This document shows positions 1-13,369 of a DNA stretch of 64,000 bases, piece by piece; position 1 is the first letter of the stretch; each line of letters opens with the position of its first letter. This DNA is from a phage. The notes below the pieces were generated by a model. That model worked only from the letters and a program-made list of their open reading frames with translations, did not search any database and had not been told where the DNA came from. The translations under genes were made by a program, and so were the position numbers. The stretch is taken from the sequence record PX104380.1. One strand, 5' to 3'.

Positions 1-1836
<1,836 letters not shown>

Positions 1837-1864
1837 TATTAAAGCATATTAAAGAGGATTAAAA

Positions 1865-3844
1865 ATGACTTTATTATCTCCGGGCATTGAGCTCAAAGAA
1901 ACTACGGTTCAAAGCACCGTGGTTAATAACTCTACTGGTACAGCAGCTTTGGCCGGTAAATTCCAGTGGGGTCCTGCTTTTCAGATTAAACAGGTTACAA
2001 ATGAAGTAGATTTAGTTAATACTTTTGGTCAACCAACCGCTGAAACTGCTGACTATTTTATGTCTGCGATGAATTTCTTGCAGTACGGAAATGACTTACG
2101 AGTAGTTCGTGCTGTTGATAGAGATACCGCTAAAAACTCATCTCCGATTGCTGGTAATATTGAATACACAATTTCTACCCCAGGTAGTAACTATGCAGTT
2201 GGAGATAAAATCACGGTCAAATATGTTTCAGATGATATTGAAACTGAAGGTAAAATTACTGAAGTAGACGCAGATGGAAAAATTAAGAAAATTAATATTC
2301 CTACTGCAAAAATTATCGCTAAAGCTAAAGAAGTTGGCGAATACCCAGCATTAGGTTCTAACTGGACTGCAGAAATTTCTTCATCTTCTTCCGGTTTAGC
2401 TGCAGTAATAACTCTTGGAAAAATTATTACTGATTCCGGTATTTTATTAGCTGAAATCGAGAGCGCTGAAACTGCTATGACAGCAGTTGATTTTCAGGCA
2501 AATCTTGAAAAATATGGAATTCCAGGAGTAGTAGCTCTCTATCCAGGCGAATTAGGCGATAAAATTGAAATTGAAATCGTATCTAAAGCTGACTATGCGA
2601 AAGGCGCTTCTGCATTACTCCCAATTTATCCAGGTGGTGGTACTCGCGCATCTACTGCCAAAGCAGTGTTTGGATATGGACCACAAACTGATTCACAGTA
2701 CGCCATTATAGTTCGTCGTAATGATGCTATTGTTCAAAGCGTTGTTCTTTCAACTAAGCGTGGTGAAAAAGATATTTACGATAGTAACATCTATATCGAT
2801 GACTTTTTCGCAAAAGGTGGTTCAGAATATATTTTTGCAACTGCACAAAACTGGCCAGAAGGCTTCTCTGGAATTTTAACTCTGTCTGGTGGATTATCAT
2901 CAAATGCTGAAGTAACAGCAGGAGATTTGATGGAAGCTTGGGACTTCTTTGCTGACCGTGAATCTGTTGACGTTCAACTGTTTATTGCGGGTTCTTGTGC
3001 TGGTGAATCTTTAGAAACAGCATCTACTGTCCAAAAACACGTCGTTTCAATTGGTGATGCTCGCCAGGATTGCTTAGTATTGTGCTCACCACCGCGTGAA
3101 ACTGTAGTTGGAATTCCTGTAACCCGTGCTGTTGATAACTTAGTCAATTGGAGAACTGCAGCAGGTTCATACACTGATAATAACTTTAATATCAGTTCAA
3201 CCTACGCAGCAATTGATGGCAACTACAAATATCAGTATGACAAATATAATGATGTGAATCGTTGGGTTCCATTAGCAGCTGATATTGCTGGTTTATGCGC
3301 AAGAACTGATAACGTATCTCAGACTTGGATGTCTCCAGCTGGTTATAATCGTGGCCAGATTCTTAACGTTATTAAACTTGCTATTGAAACTCGCCAGGCT
3401 CAGCGCGACCGTTTATATCAAGAAGCTATCAACCCGGTAACTGGTACAGGTGGTGATGGTTACGTATTGTATGGTGATAAAACAGCTACTTCTGTTCCTT
3501 CTCCATTTGATCGTATTAACGTTCGTCGTCTGTTTAATATGTTGAAAACGAATATCGGACGTAGTTCAAAATATCGTTTGTTCGAATTAAACAATGCGTT
3601 TACTCGTTCTTCATTCCGTACAGAAACTGCTCAGTACTTGCAAGGAATTAAAGCTCTTGGCGGAATTTATGAATATCGTGTAGTTTGCGATACAACAAAT
3701 AACACTCCGTCAGTAATTGATAGAAATGAGTTTGTTGCAACATTCTACATCCAACCGGCGCGCAGTATAAATTATATCCAACTTAATTTCGTCGCAACTG
3801 CTACTGGCGCAGACTTCGATGAGTTAACTGGACTTGCAGGTTAA
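1865..3844 (+). CDS. 18: tail sheath protein gp18
   Basis: 659-aa ORF with ATG and SD; size and position as in T4. Confidence 0.95.
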   Translation: MTLLSPGIELKETTVQSTVVNNSTGTAALAGKFQWGPAFQIKQVTNEVDLVNTFGQPTAETADYFMSAMNFLQYGNDLRVVRAVDRDTAKNSSPIAGNIEYTISTPGSNYAVGDKITVKYVSDDIETEGKITEVDADGKIKKINIPTAKIIAKAKEVGEYPALGSNWTAEISSSSSGLAAVITLGKIITDSGILLAEIESAETAMTAVDFQANLEKYGIPGVVALYPGELGDKIEIEIVSKADYAKGASALLPIYPGGGTRASTAKAVFGYGPQTDSQYAIIVRRNDAIVQSVVLSTKRGEKDIYDSNIYIDDFFAKGGSEYIFATAQNWPEGFSGILTLSGGLSSNAEVTAGDLMEAWDFFADRESVDVQLFIAGSCAGESLETASTVQKHVVSIGDARQDCLVLCSPPRETVVGIPVTRAVDNLVNWRTAAGSYTDNNFNISSTYAAIDGNYKYQYDKYNDVNRWVPLAADIAGLCARTDNVSQTWMSPAGYNRGQILNVIKLAIETRQAQRDRLYQEAINPVTGTGGDGYVLYGDKTATSVPSPFDRINVRRLFNMLKTNIGRSSKYRLFELNNAFTRSSFRTETAQYLQGIKALGGIYEYRVVCDTTNNTPSVIDRNEFVATFYIQPARSINYIQLNFVATATGADFDELTGLAG

Positions 3845-3850
3845 TTGATT

Positions 3851-4489
3851 ATGGGGCTTCGGCCCCTATTCTCGAGGAAACAAGTGATTATTTCTAAGTT
3901 TGTTACAATAAAACCAAGAAATCATTCAAAAATGTGGTCGACAATTCTGGGATATAAAGTATCATATCATGATACAGTATCTGTTCCAATAGAATTAATG
4001 CCAAAGAATAGTAATAAAATAGTTGACGCTAAATGTGATTTGTGTGGTACTAAATTTAGTAGAAGCATTCAGCTTTTAAATAGAACACCCACACATGCAT
4101 GTAGAAAATGTAGCATTAAACAAGTTGCTATTAAAAATTCGGAAGTTCAATCTGGAATAAGCAGACCATGGCAAAGAGGCGATAAACATCCTCGATGGAC
4201 TGGTAAAAGAAAAGAGTTTGCATTATATGCTAGTAGAGTTCATTCTATAACTAAGTCAGCTAAAATAAGAAAAATTTGGTCAAAATGGCCAAATGCTGAT
4301 AAAATAGGAGTGTGTGGCGTAGAAGGTGCTTACCAACTCGATCATAAAGTATCTATCAAATATGGATTTGATAATTTAATTCCGCCGGAAATTATAGCAA
4401 GCGTAAAAAATTTAGAAATAATCACTTGGGAATCTAACCGAGAAAAATCAAAAAGAAATAGTGTAGATCTTTGGGATTTACTAGAATGA
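3851..4489 (+). CDS. free-standing HNH homing endonuclease inserted between genes 18 and 19
   Basis: frame open from TTG 3845 immediately after gp18 stop; in-frame ATGs at 3851 and 3932 (true start uncertain); CxxC...CxxC zinc-finger-like pairs and C-terminal HNH-like motif DHKVS..G..N..N; no gene here in T4 as I recall. Confidence 0.6.
   Translation: MGLRPLFSRKQVIISKFVTIKPRNHSKMWSTILGYKVSYHDTVSVPIELMPKNSNKIVDAKCDLCGTKFSRSIQLLNRTPTHACRKCSIKQVAIKNSEVQSGISRPWQRGDKHPRWTGKRKEFALYASRVHSITKSAKIRKIWSKWPNADKIGVCGVEGAYQLDHKVSIKYGFDNLIPPEIIASVKNLEIITWESNREKSKRNSVDLWDLLE
3853..3866 (+). other. RNA hairpin GGGGC-UUCG-GCCCC directly 3' of gene 18, embedding the ATG at 3851
   Basis: perfect 5-bp GC stem with UUCG tetraloop read from sequence; no U-run after it. 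Confidence 0.5.
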
Positions 4490-4515
4490 TTCTAAAGGCC
4501 TGTTTCGGCAGGCCA

Positions 4516-4523
4516 TATAAATA
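4516..4523 (+). promoter_or_regulatory. late promoter TATAAATA (distal copy), preceded by hairpin 4497-4514
   Basis: GGCCTG-N6-CAGGCC hairpin followed by ATATAAATAC. Confidence 0.45.
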
Positions 4524-4574
4524 CACTATATCCTTAATTCTTTAATTCTATATGCCCTAGGTTAAACATAGGGA

Positions 4575-4582
4575 TATAAATA
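4575..4582 (+). promoter_or_regulatory. late promoter TATAAATA for gene 19, preceded by hairpin 4555-4573
   Basis: CCCTA-N9-TAGGG hairpin followed by ATATAAATAC; 14 nt upstream of ATG 4597 with SD AGAGG. Confidence 0.55.
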
Positions 4583-4596
4583 CTACAGAGGCTAAT

Positions 4597-5088
4597 ATGT
4601 TTGTAGATGATGTAACACGAGCGTTTGAATCTGGTGATTTTGCTCGACCTAACTTATTCCAAGTAGAAATTTCTTATCTTGGACAAAATTTTACGTTCCA
4701 ATGTAAAGCCACTGCTTTACCAGCTGGTATTGTAGAAAAAATTCCAGTCGGATTTATGAACCGTAAAATTAACGTGGCAGGCGATCGTACATTCGATGAC
4801 TGGACTGTTACAGTAATGAACGATGAAGCTCATGATGCTCGCCAGAAGTTTGTTGATTGGCAAAGCATTGCTGCTGGTCAAGGAAACGAAATTACTGGTG
4901 GAAAACCTGCAGAGTATAAAAAGAGCGCTATTGTTCGTCAATATGCTCGTGATGCTAAAACAGTAACAAAAGAAATTGAAATTAAAGGTCTGTGGCCTAC
5001 TAACGTGGGTGAACTTCAATTAGATTGGGATTCAAACAATGAAATCCAAACCTTTGAAGTAACTCTTGCTCTCGATTATTGGGAATAA
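4597..5088 (+). CDS. 19: tail tube protein gp19
   Basis: 163-aa ORF, ATG with SD; T4 size and position. Confidence 0.95.
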   Translation: MFVDDVTRAFESGDFARPNLFQVEISYLGQNFTFQCKATALPAGIVEKIPVGFMNRKINVAGDRTFDDWTVTVMNDEAHDARQKFVDWQSIAAGQGNEITGGKPAEYKKSAIVRQYARDAKTVTKEIEIKGLWPTNVGELQLDWDSNNEIQTFEVTLALDYWE

Positions 5089-5093
5089 AATGA

Positions 5094-5111
5094 ATGGGGA
5101 GAAATCCCCAT
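5094..5111 (+). other. hairpin ATGGGGA-GAAA-TCCCCAT 3' of gene 19
   Basis: 7-bp stem with GAAA loop; no clear U-run, so a terminator role is uncertain. Confidence 0.4.
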
Positions 5112-5120
5112 CCTGCTTAA

Positions 5121-6745
<1,625 letters not shown>

Positions 6746-6746
<1 letters not shown>

Positions 6747-6991
6747 TGGAAGGTTTAATTGAAGCTATTAAATCAAACGACCTCGTAGCCGCTCGTAAAT
6801 TATTTGCTGAAGCCATGGCTGCAAGAACGACTGATTTAATCAAAGAAGAAAAAATCACTATCGCTCGTAATTTCTTAATCGAAGGTGAAGAACCTGAAGA
6901 CGAGGATGAAGATGAAGATGATGACGAAGATAGCGATGATAAAGACGACAAAAAAGACAAAGACTCTGACGAAGACGAGGATGATGAATAA
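6746..6991 (+). CDS. 67: prohead core protein gp67
   Basis: 81 aa with ED-rich acidic C-terminal tail; TAATG overlap with gene 20 stop. Confidence 0.85.
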
Positions 6992-7416
6992 TGATTCTAA
7001 TCCCTGAAACTCATGAATTAGTTCTCGAGAATGTCGAAGCACTTATTCCTGAAGCACAGGGTCGCTTTGACGAGTTGTCTTCTGCTTTAAATAAAGACGA
7101 TATAAATAAAATTATCGAGAATATGCTTGATGATGAAACTGATTTAGCGGTTGCATTAGCTTCTATTAATGAAAATATGCCGTTAAATGAATTCATCGTT
7201 AAACATGTTTCTGCCCGTGGTGAAATTACTCGCACTAAAGATCGCAAAACACGCGAACGTAATGCATTTCAAACTACCGGGTTGTCTAAAGCAAAACGTA
7301 GACAAATTGCTCGTAAAGCTACCAAAACGAAGATTGCCAATCCAGCAGGTCAATCTCGTGCTCAGCGTAAGCGTAAAAAAGCTCTTAAACGCCGTAAAGC
7401 ATTAGGATTAAGCTAA
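6991..7416 (+). CDS. 68: prohead core protein gp68
   Basis: 141 aa; TAATG overlap with gene 67; basic C-terminus. Confidence 0.85.
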   Translation: MILIPETHELVLENVEALIPEAQGRFDELSSALNKDDINKIIENMLDDETDLAVALASINENMPLNEFIVKHVSARGEITRTKDRKTRERNAFQTTGLSKAKRRQIARKATKTKIANPAGQSRAQRKRKKALKRRKALGLS

Positions 7417-8054
7417 TGAATGAACCCCAATTACTAATTGAAACTTGGGGTCAACCTGGCGAAATTATTGATGGCGTACCAATGCTTGAATCCCATGATG
7501 GGAAAGACTTAGGTTTAAAACCTGGTTTATACATCGAAGGAATATTCATGCAAGCAGAAGTCGTCAATAGAAATAAACGTCTTTATCCAAAACGCATATT
7601 AGAAAAAGCGGTAAAAGACTATATTAATGAGCAAGTTTTAACTAAACAAGCTCTCGGAGAATTAAATCATCCTCCACGCGCTAATGTTGACCCGATGCAA
7701 GCCGCTATCATTATAGAAGATATGTGGTGGAAAGGAAATGACGTATACGGACGAGCTCGTGTTATTGAAGGTGACCATGGTCCTGGAGATAAATTAGCAG
7801 CTAATATTCGTGCCGGATGGATTCCAGGAGTTTCTTCTCGTGGATTAGGTTCATTGACTGACACAAATAAAGGTTATCGTATCGTAAACGAAGGATTCAA
7901 ATTAACTGTAGGTGTTGATGCAGTATGGGGTCCAAGTGCTCCAGATGCATGGGTAACTCCTAAGGAAATTACAGAATCACAGACGGCGGAAGCCGATACA
8001 AGTGCCGATGACGCCTATATGGCTCTCGCAGAGGCCATGAAAAAAGCGTTATAA
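7416..8054 (+). CDS. 21: prohead core scaffold protease gp21
   Basis: 212 aa; TAATG overlap with gene 68; T4 size and position. Confidence 0.9.
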   Translation: MNEPQLLIETWGQPGEIIDGVPMLESHDGKDLGLKPGLYIEGIFMQAEVVNRNKRLYPKRILEKAVKDYINEQVLTKQALGELNHPPRANVDPMQAAIIIEDMWWKGNDVYGRARVIEGDHGPGDKLAANIRAGWIPGVSSRGLGSLTDTNKGYRIVNEGFKLTVGVDAVWGPSAPDAWVTPKEITESQTAEADTSADDAYMALAEAMKKAL

Positions 8055-8057
8055 ATA
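8050..8057 (+). promoter_or_regulatory. late promoter TATAAATA for gene 22
   Basis: TATAAATA overlapping gp21 stop, 27 nt upstream of ATG 8085. Confidence 0.5.
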
Positions 8058-8084
8058 TTATTATCTAAACAACAGGACTACAAA

Positions 8085-8894
8085 ATGCTTAAAGAACAAC
8101 TGATTGCCGAAGCGCAGAAAATTGATGCTTCCGTTGCTCTTGATAGTATTTTCGAATCAGTTAATATTTCTCCGGAAGCAAAAGAAACTTTCGGCACTGT
8201 ATTCGAAGCTACCGTCAAGCAGCACGCCGTTAAATTAGCTGAATCTCATATCGCTAAAATTGCTGAAAAAGCAGAAGAAGAAGTAGAAAAAAATAAAGAA
8301 GAAGCAGAAGAAAAAGCTGAGAAGAAAATCGCTGAGCAAGCTTCTAAATTCCTTGACCATCTTGCAAAAGAATGGCTCACTGAAAATAAATTAGCAGTAG
8401 ATAAAGGCATCAAAGCCGAACTGTTTGAATCCATGCTTGGTGGATTGAAAGAGCTCTTCGTTGAACACAACGTTGTTGTTCCAGAAGAATCAGTTGATGT
8501 TGTAGCTGAAATGGAAGAAGAACTGCAAGAACACAAAGAAGAATCAGCTCGTCTGTTCGAAGAACTCAATAAGCGTGACGCATATATCAATTATGTGCAG
8601 CGTGAAGTGGCATTGAGCGAAAGTACTAAAGATCTGACTGAGTCTCAAAAAGAAAAAGTCTCTGCTCTGGTCGAAGGTATTGATTATTCAGATGCATTCT
8701 CAAGCAAATTGAGTGCCATCGTAGAAATGGTGAAGAAATCTAATAAAGATGAAAGCACTATTACTGAGAGTATAAATACTCCTGATACTGAAGCAGCCGG
8801 ACTGAATTTCGTCACTGAAGCTGTAGAAGATAAATCTGCACAAGGTGCAGAAGATATTGTAAGTGTATATGCGAAAGTCGCATCTCGTTTCTAA
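8085..8894 (+). CDS. 22: prohead core scaffold protein gp22
   Basis: 269 aa, Glu/Lys-rich coiled-coil composition; T4 size. Confidence 0.9.
   Translation: MLKEQLIAEAQKIDASVALDSIFESVNISPEAKETFGTVFEATVKQHAVKLAESHIAKIAEKAEEEVEKNKEEAEEKAEKKIAEQASKFLDHLAKEWLTENKLAVDKGIKAELFESMLGGLKELFVEHNVVVPEESVDVVAEMEEELQEHKEESARLFEELNKRDAYINYVQREVALSESTKDLTESQKEKVSALVEGIDYSDAFSSKLSAIVEMVKKSNKDESTITESINTPDTEAAGLNFVTEAVEDKSAQGAEDIVSVYAKVASRF
8771..8778 (+). promoter_or_regulatory. late promoter TATAAATA inside gene 22 (P23-like)
   Basis: exact TATAAATA about 135 nt upstream of gene 23 ATG. Confidence 0.45.
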
Positions 8895-8912
8895 TTTTAA
8901 AGGTTAACACAA

Positions 8913-10478
8913 ATGACTATCAAAACTAAAGCTGAACTTTTGAACAAATGGAAGCCATTACTGGAAGGTGAAGGTTTACCGGAAATTGCTAATAGCAAAC
9001 AAGCGATTATCGCTAAAATCTTTGAAAACCAGGAAAAAGATTTCCAGACAGCTCCGGAATATAAAGACGAAAAAATTGCTCAGGCATTCGGTTCTTTCTT
9101 AACAGAAGCTGAAATCGGTGGTGACCACGGTTACAATGCTACCAACATCGCCGCAGGTCAGACTTCTGGCGCAGTAACTCAGATTGGCCCGGCTGTTATG
9201 GGTATGGTACGTCGTGCTATTCCTAACCTGATTGCTTTCGATATTTGCGGTGTTCAGCCGATGAACAGCCCGACTGGTCAGGTATTCGCACTTCGTGCGG
9301 TATATGGTAAAGACCCAATCGCTTCCGGCGCTAAAGAAGCATTCCACCCAATGTATGGTCCAGATGCAATGTTCTCTGGTCAGGGTGCTGCTAAGAAATT
9401 CGCTGCTTTGAAAGCAAGTGATACTCTTGAAGTCGGAACTATTTACACCCACTTCTTCCAGGACACTGGTACTGTGTATCTGCAAGCTACATCAGCTAAA
9501 CAAATTGATTCAGGCGCATCTGACGCAGACAAATTAGATGCTGAAATTAAGAAACAAATGGAAGCTGGTGTACTGGTAGAAATCGCTGAAGGTATGGCTA
9601 CTTCTATCGCTGAACTTCAAGAAGGTTTTAACGGTTCTACCGATAACCCGTGGAATGAAATGGGCTTCCGTATCGATAAACAAGTTATCGAAGCTAAATC
9701 TCGTCAGCTGAAAGCTGCTTACTCTATTGAATTAGCACAAGACCTCCGCGCTGTTCATGGTATGGATGCTGATGCTGAACTGTCTGGTATTCTGGCTACA
9801 GAAATTATGCTGGAAATCAACCGCGAAGTTGTTGATTGGATTAACTACTCCGCTCAGGTTGGTAAATCTGGTATGACCCTGACTCCGGGTTCTAAAGCTG
9901 GTGTATTCGACTTCCAGGACCCAATCGATATTCGTGGTGCTCGCTGGGCGGGTGAATCCTTTAAAGCTCTGTTGTTCCAGATTGACAAAGAAGCAGTTGA
10001 AATTGCTCGTCAAACCGGTCGTGGTGAAGGTAACTTCATTATCGCTTCCCGTAACGTAGTTAACGTTCTGGCTTCAGTTGATACCGGCATTTCTTATGCT
10101 GCACAAGGTCTGGCTACCGGCTTTAACACTGATACTACCAAGTCAGTATTTGCTGGTGTTCTGGGTGGTAAATACCGTGTATATATCGACCAGTATGCTA
10201 AACAGGATTATTTCACTGTAGGTTATAAAGGTCCGAACGAAATGGATGCTGGTATTTACTACGCTCCATATGTAGCTCTGACTCCACTGCGTGGTTCTGA
10301 TCCGAAGAACTTCCAACCGGTAATGGGGTTCAAAACTCGTTACGGTATCGGTATCAACCCATTTGCAGAATCCGCTGCTCAGGCTCCGGCTTCTCGCATT
10401 CAGAGTGGTATGCCTTCTATCCTGAACAGCCTTGGTAAGAACGCTTACTTCCGCCGTGTATATGTTAAAGGTATCTAA
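8913..10478 (+). CDS. 23: major capsid protein gp23
   Basis: 521 aa; sequence and size as T4 gp23. Confidence 0.97.
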   Translation: MTIKTKAELLNKWKPLLEGEGLPEIANSKQAIIAKIFENQEKDFQTAPEYKDEKIAQAFGSFLTEAEIGGDHGYNATNIAAGQTSGAVTQIGPAVMGMVRRAIPNLIAFDICGVQPMNSPTGQVFALRAVYGKDPIASGAKEAFHPMYGPDAMFSGQGAAKKFAALKASDTLEVGTIYTHFFQDTGTVYLQATSAKQIDSGASDADKLDAEIKKQMEAGVLVEIAEGMATSIAELQEGFNGSTDNPWNEMGFRIDKQVIEAKSRQLKAAYSIELAQDLRAVHGMDADAELSGILATEIMLEINREVVDWINYSAQVGKSGMTLTPGSKAGVFDFQDPIDIRGARWAGESFKALLFQIDKEAVEIARQTGRGEGNFIIASRNVVNVLASVDTGISYAAQGLATGFNTDTTKSVFAGVLGGKYRVYIDQYAKQDYFTVGYKGPNEMDAGIYYAPYVALTPLRGSDPKNFQPVMGFKTRYGIGINPFAESAAQAPASRIQSGMPSILNSLGKNAYFRRVYVKGI

Positions 10479-10492
10479 TCTTTGACGATTTA

Positions 10493-10510
10493 AGGGACCT
10501 TCGGGTCCCT
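10493..10510 (+). terminator. hairpin AGGGACC-UUCG-GGUCCCU plus U-run after gene 23
   Basis: 7-bp stem, UUCG loop, followed by TTAGTTGTTTTT. Confidence 0.6.
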
Positions 10511-10526
10511 TTAGTTGTTTTTATGG

Positions 10527-10534
10527 TATAAATA
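10527..10534 (+). promoter_or_regulatory. late promoter TATAAATA for gene 24
   Basis: exact TATAAATA 27 nt upstream of ATG 10562. Confidence 0.55.
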
Positions 10535-10561
10535 AATCATATAAACTGAAAGGAAAGCGCA

Positions 10562-11845
10562 ATGGCTAAAATCAACGAACTTCTGCGCGAATCAACCACA
10601 ACGAATAGCAACTCAATCGGTCGCCCAAATCTCGTTGCTTTGACTCGCGCTACCACTAAATTAATATATTCTGACATTGTAGCAACGCAAAGAACTAATC
10701 AACCTGTTGCTGCTTTTTATGGTATCAAATACCTTAACCCAGACAACGAATTTACATTTAAAACTGGTGCTACTTACGCTGGCGAAGCTGGATATGTAGA
10801 CCGAGAAAAAATCACAGAATTAACAGAAGAGTCTAAATTAACTCTCAATAAAGGCGATTTATTCAAATATAATAATATCGTTTATAAAGTATTAGAAGAT
10901 ACACCATTTGCTGATATTGAAGAAAGTGATTTAGAATTAGCTCTTCAGATTGCAATTGTTCTTTTAAAGGTTCGTCTATTTTCTGACGCAGCGTCAACAA
11001 GCAAATTTGAAAGCTCTGATAGTGAAATTGCGGATGCTAGATTCCAGATTAATAAATGGCAAACCACAGTTAAATCTCGCAAACTTAAAACTGGTATCAC
11101 AGTTGAATTAGCACAAGATTTAGAAGCAAACGGATTCGATGCTCCTAATTTCTTAGAAGATTTGCTTGCAACCGAAATGGCAGATGAAATCAATAAAGAT
11201 ATTCTGCAGTCTTTGATTACAGTATCAAAACGTTATAAAGTTACAGGAATTACTGATACTGGATTCATTGATTTGAGTTATGCATCTGCACCTGAAGCTG
11301 GTCGTTCATTATACCGAATGGTATGTGAAATGGTTTCGCATATCCAAAAAGAATCAACTTATACAGCAACGTTCTGTGTTGCTTCTGCTCGTGCCGCTGC
11401 GATTCTTGCTGCATCTGGTTGGTTAAAACATAAACCAGAAGATGACAAGTATCTTTCACAAAATGCCTACGGGTTCTTAGCTAATGGTTTACCGCTTTAT
11501 TGCGATACTAACAGCCCATTAGATTATGTAATCGTTGGCGTAGTAGAAAATATCGGTGAAAAAGAAATTGTTGGATCAATTTTCTATGCTCCGTATACAG
11601 AAGGTCTTGACTTAGATGACCCTGAACATGTAGGTGCATTTAAAGTTGTAGTTGATCCAGAAAGTTTGCAGCCATCTATCGGTTTATTAGTTAGATATGC
11701 TTTATCTGCAAATCCTTACACTGTAGCAAAAGATGAAAAAGAAGCAAGAATAATTGATGGTGGAGACATGGATAAAATGGCGGGTCGTTCAGATTTGTCC
11801 GTTTTATTAGGTGTTAAGCTACCAAAAATTATCATTGATGAATAA
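10562..11845 (+). CDS. 24: capsid vertex protein gp24
   Basis: 427 aa; T4 size and position. Confidence 0.95.
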   Translation: MAKINELLRESTTTNSNSIGRPNLVALTRATTKLIYSDIVATQRTNQPVAAFYGIKYLNPDNEFTFKTGATYAGEAGYVDREKITELTEESKLTLNKGDLFKYNNIVYKVLEDTPFADIEESDLELALQIAIVLLKVRLFSDAASTSKFESSDSEIADARFQINKWQTTVKSRKLKTGITVELAQDLEANGFDAPNFLEDLLATEMADEINKDILQSLITVSKRYKVTGITDTGFIDLSYASAPEAGRSLYRMVCEMVSHIQKESTYTATFCVASARAAAILAASGWLKHKPEDDKYLSQNAYGFLANGLPLYCDTNSPLDYVIVGVVENIGEKEIVGSIFYAPYTEGLDLDDPEHVGAFKVVVDPESLQPSIGLLVRYALSANPYTVAKDEKEARIIDGGDMDKMAGRSDLSVLLGVKLPKIIIDE

Positions 11846-11850
11846 AACAA

Positions 11851-11868
11851 AGGGACCGAAAGGTCCCT
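11851..11868. terminator. bidirectional hairpin AGGGACC-GAAA-GGUCCCU between convergent genes 24 and rnlB
   Basis: 7-bp stem, GAAA loop, T-rich on both sides. Confidence 0.6.
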
Positions 11869-11874
11869 TTTTAT

Positions 11875-12879
11875 TTAGCTCACCAACTCAATCCAAGCCG
11901 GACGAAGTACATCTTGTACCATTTTAACTAATTCCTTTTTAACCAAAGAAGGATTATCCGCTTGAGTTAGAGTAATACCTTCACGAGAAGTTTCTTCCAA
12001 AATATCTTGAACAGTTAATCCCATTACCTTTCCAAAATCTTTTGGACCAATTTCGCCAATTTTGGAAATAACGTTATTTACTCGGTTCAATGTAACATAA
12101 CAAGCTAAAATTCCAACCAATTTATTATCAGCTTCTGACAATTCAACTTTAGCTTTAATAGGCTTATCAGACTTTTTCTTTTCACTAAATTTAGAATTCT
12201 TGCATTTGATGGCTACACGATTTCCATTATGAAGCCAAGAAGGATAACAAGGTTTCAATACATATCCTTCAGCGGTAAATACTTCGCCTTTTGCTTCAGC
12301 TTTCCAAACGCATTTATTTGCATCAACTAATCCAGCGTGGTCTACTGTAAAATTATAATTTTGGACGACAGAATCTAAATCATTTGGCAATTTAATAAGC
12401 TCTTCAAATTTACCGCGACCTAAAAGTGGAGCCATTTTAAATTTAAATGTATTACAGAATGATTCCATCATATAATCATCGACATAAGTCACATCACCAC
12501 TTTCTGTAGTGACAATAATGTCAAATACATAAAAATCTTTATCACCATAATCAACATTCTTCTGAATGCCAGGTCCAGCGAATTCGCCAAAGACTTGATA
12601 AGATACAACCGCTGAAGTTTCCATAATTTCTTGTACTGCTTTAATGGAATCAGCGTAATTCTTTAGAATAATTTCATACCCAAAGAAATCTTCAGCAGGA
12701 AGAATAGGACCAGTGCGTTTAGCGCAAGTTACTTTATCACGCTCAATAATCAATGAGAAATTTGTGCCGTGAATCTTTTCACGAGCTACCCATTCGCCGC
12801 CAGTCAATCCCAAGCTATAAAGTTTTTCAATAAATTTAGAGTTGTAATGATTTTCAAGACTGCTATACTTTTTAAACAT
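11875..12879 (-). CDS. rnlB: RNA ligase 2
   Basis: 334 aa; nucleotidyltransferase motif I KIHGTN; ATG with SD GAGGA. Confidence 0.9.
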   Translation of the reverse strand: MFKKYSSLENHYNSKFIEKLYSLGLTGGEWVAREKIHGTNFSLIIERDKVTCAKRTGPILPAEDFFGYEIILKNYADSIKAVQEIMETSAVVSYQVFGEFAGPGIQKNVDYGDKDFYVFDIIVTTESGDVTYVDDYMMESFCNTFKFKMAPLLGRGKFEELIKLPNDLDSVVQNYNFTVDHAGLVDANKCVWKAEAKGEVFTAEGYVLKPCYPSWLHNGNRVAIKCKNSKFSEKKKSDKPIKAKVELSEADNKLVGILACYVTLNRVNNVISKIGEIGPKDFGKVMGLTVQDILEETSREGITLTQADNPSLVKKELVKMVQDVLRPAWIELVS

Positions 12880-12888
12880 AATTAATCC

Positions 12889-13167
12889 TCAAAATGTAAT
12901 TTCTAACCAATCACCATCACGCTGATCACTATTGACTTTAAAATTAAATCCTTCTTTTCTCAGCCAATCACCAATTTCTTCAGTAATCAATTTATCACGA
13001 GCAGTACAATAATAACTAAAATATGTTTTACCTTGTTCAGCTGCTTTATTAGCAAGTTCCGAAAAATCTTTAATAAAACACTCTAGTTTAAACTGTTTGC
13101 TTTTAAGTGCTTTTTCGCGTAATTGATTAGCAAAAGATTCATTTTCATAAAGATCATACTGTTCCAT
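12889..13167 (-). CDS. 24.2: hypothetical protein (T4 24.2 position)
   Basis: 92-aa ORF with ATG and SD; position downstream of rnlB as in T4. Confidence 0.6.
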   Translation of the reverse strand: MEQYDLYENESFANQLREKALKSKQFKLECFIKDFSELANKAAEQGKTYFSYYCTARDKLITEEIGDWLRKEGFNFKVNSDQRDGDWLEITF

Positions 13168-13369
13168 TTTTCACCTTTTTATTAATATGTCTTTTTCTAT
13201 AGACAACTTTTTCTCGAGTTTCAAATTTATTCTTAGCAGTCATAGCTCGAGCCCATAATACAGCCACTTCTTTTGCCTGTAAGTTCAATTCACGAGCAAT
13301 TTCAATGAATGACTTTCCAGACTCATGAAGAGTAAACACCACAACCTCAGTTCTCATAATCAATCTCAT
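13154..13369 (-). CDS. 24.3: hypothetical protein (T4 24.3 position)
   Basis: 71-aa ORF; start ATG 13369 or M5 uncertain. Confidence 0.55.
   Translation of the reverse strand: MRLIMRTEVVVFTLHESGKSFIEIARELNLQAKEVAVLWARAMTAKNKFETREKVVYRKRHINKKVKNGTV

Noticed and set aside
2974-3174. 66-aa minus-strand ORF inside gene 18
   Set aside because: Antisense to a confidently called structural gene, short, no SD or promoter; the same reasoning applies to the other antisense ORFs in the track inside genes 19, 20, 21, 22, 23, 24, hoc, inh, uvsW, 27, 28, 29, 48, alt, 30, nrdA, nrdB and 34.
3845-4489. The HNH protein acting as a packaging-associated nuclease because it lies near terminase gene 17
   Set aside because: It is separated from gene 17 by the whole of gene 18 and T4-type phages package by headful mechanism; free-standing homing endonuclease is the simpler reading.
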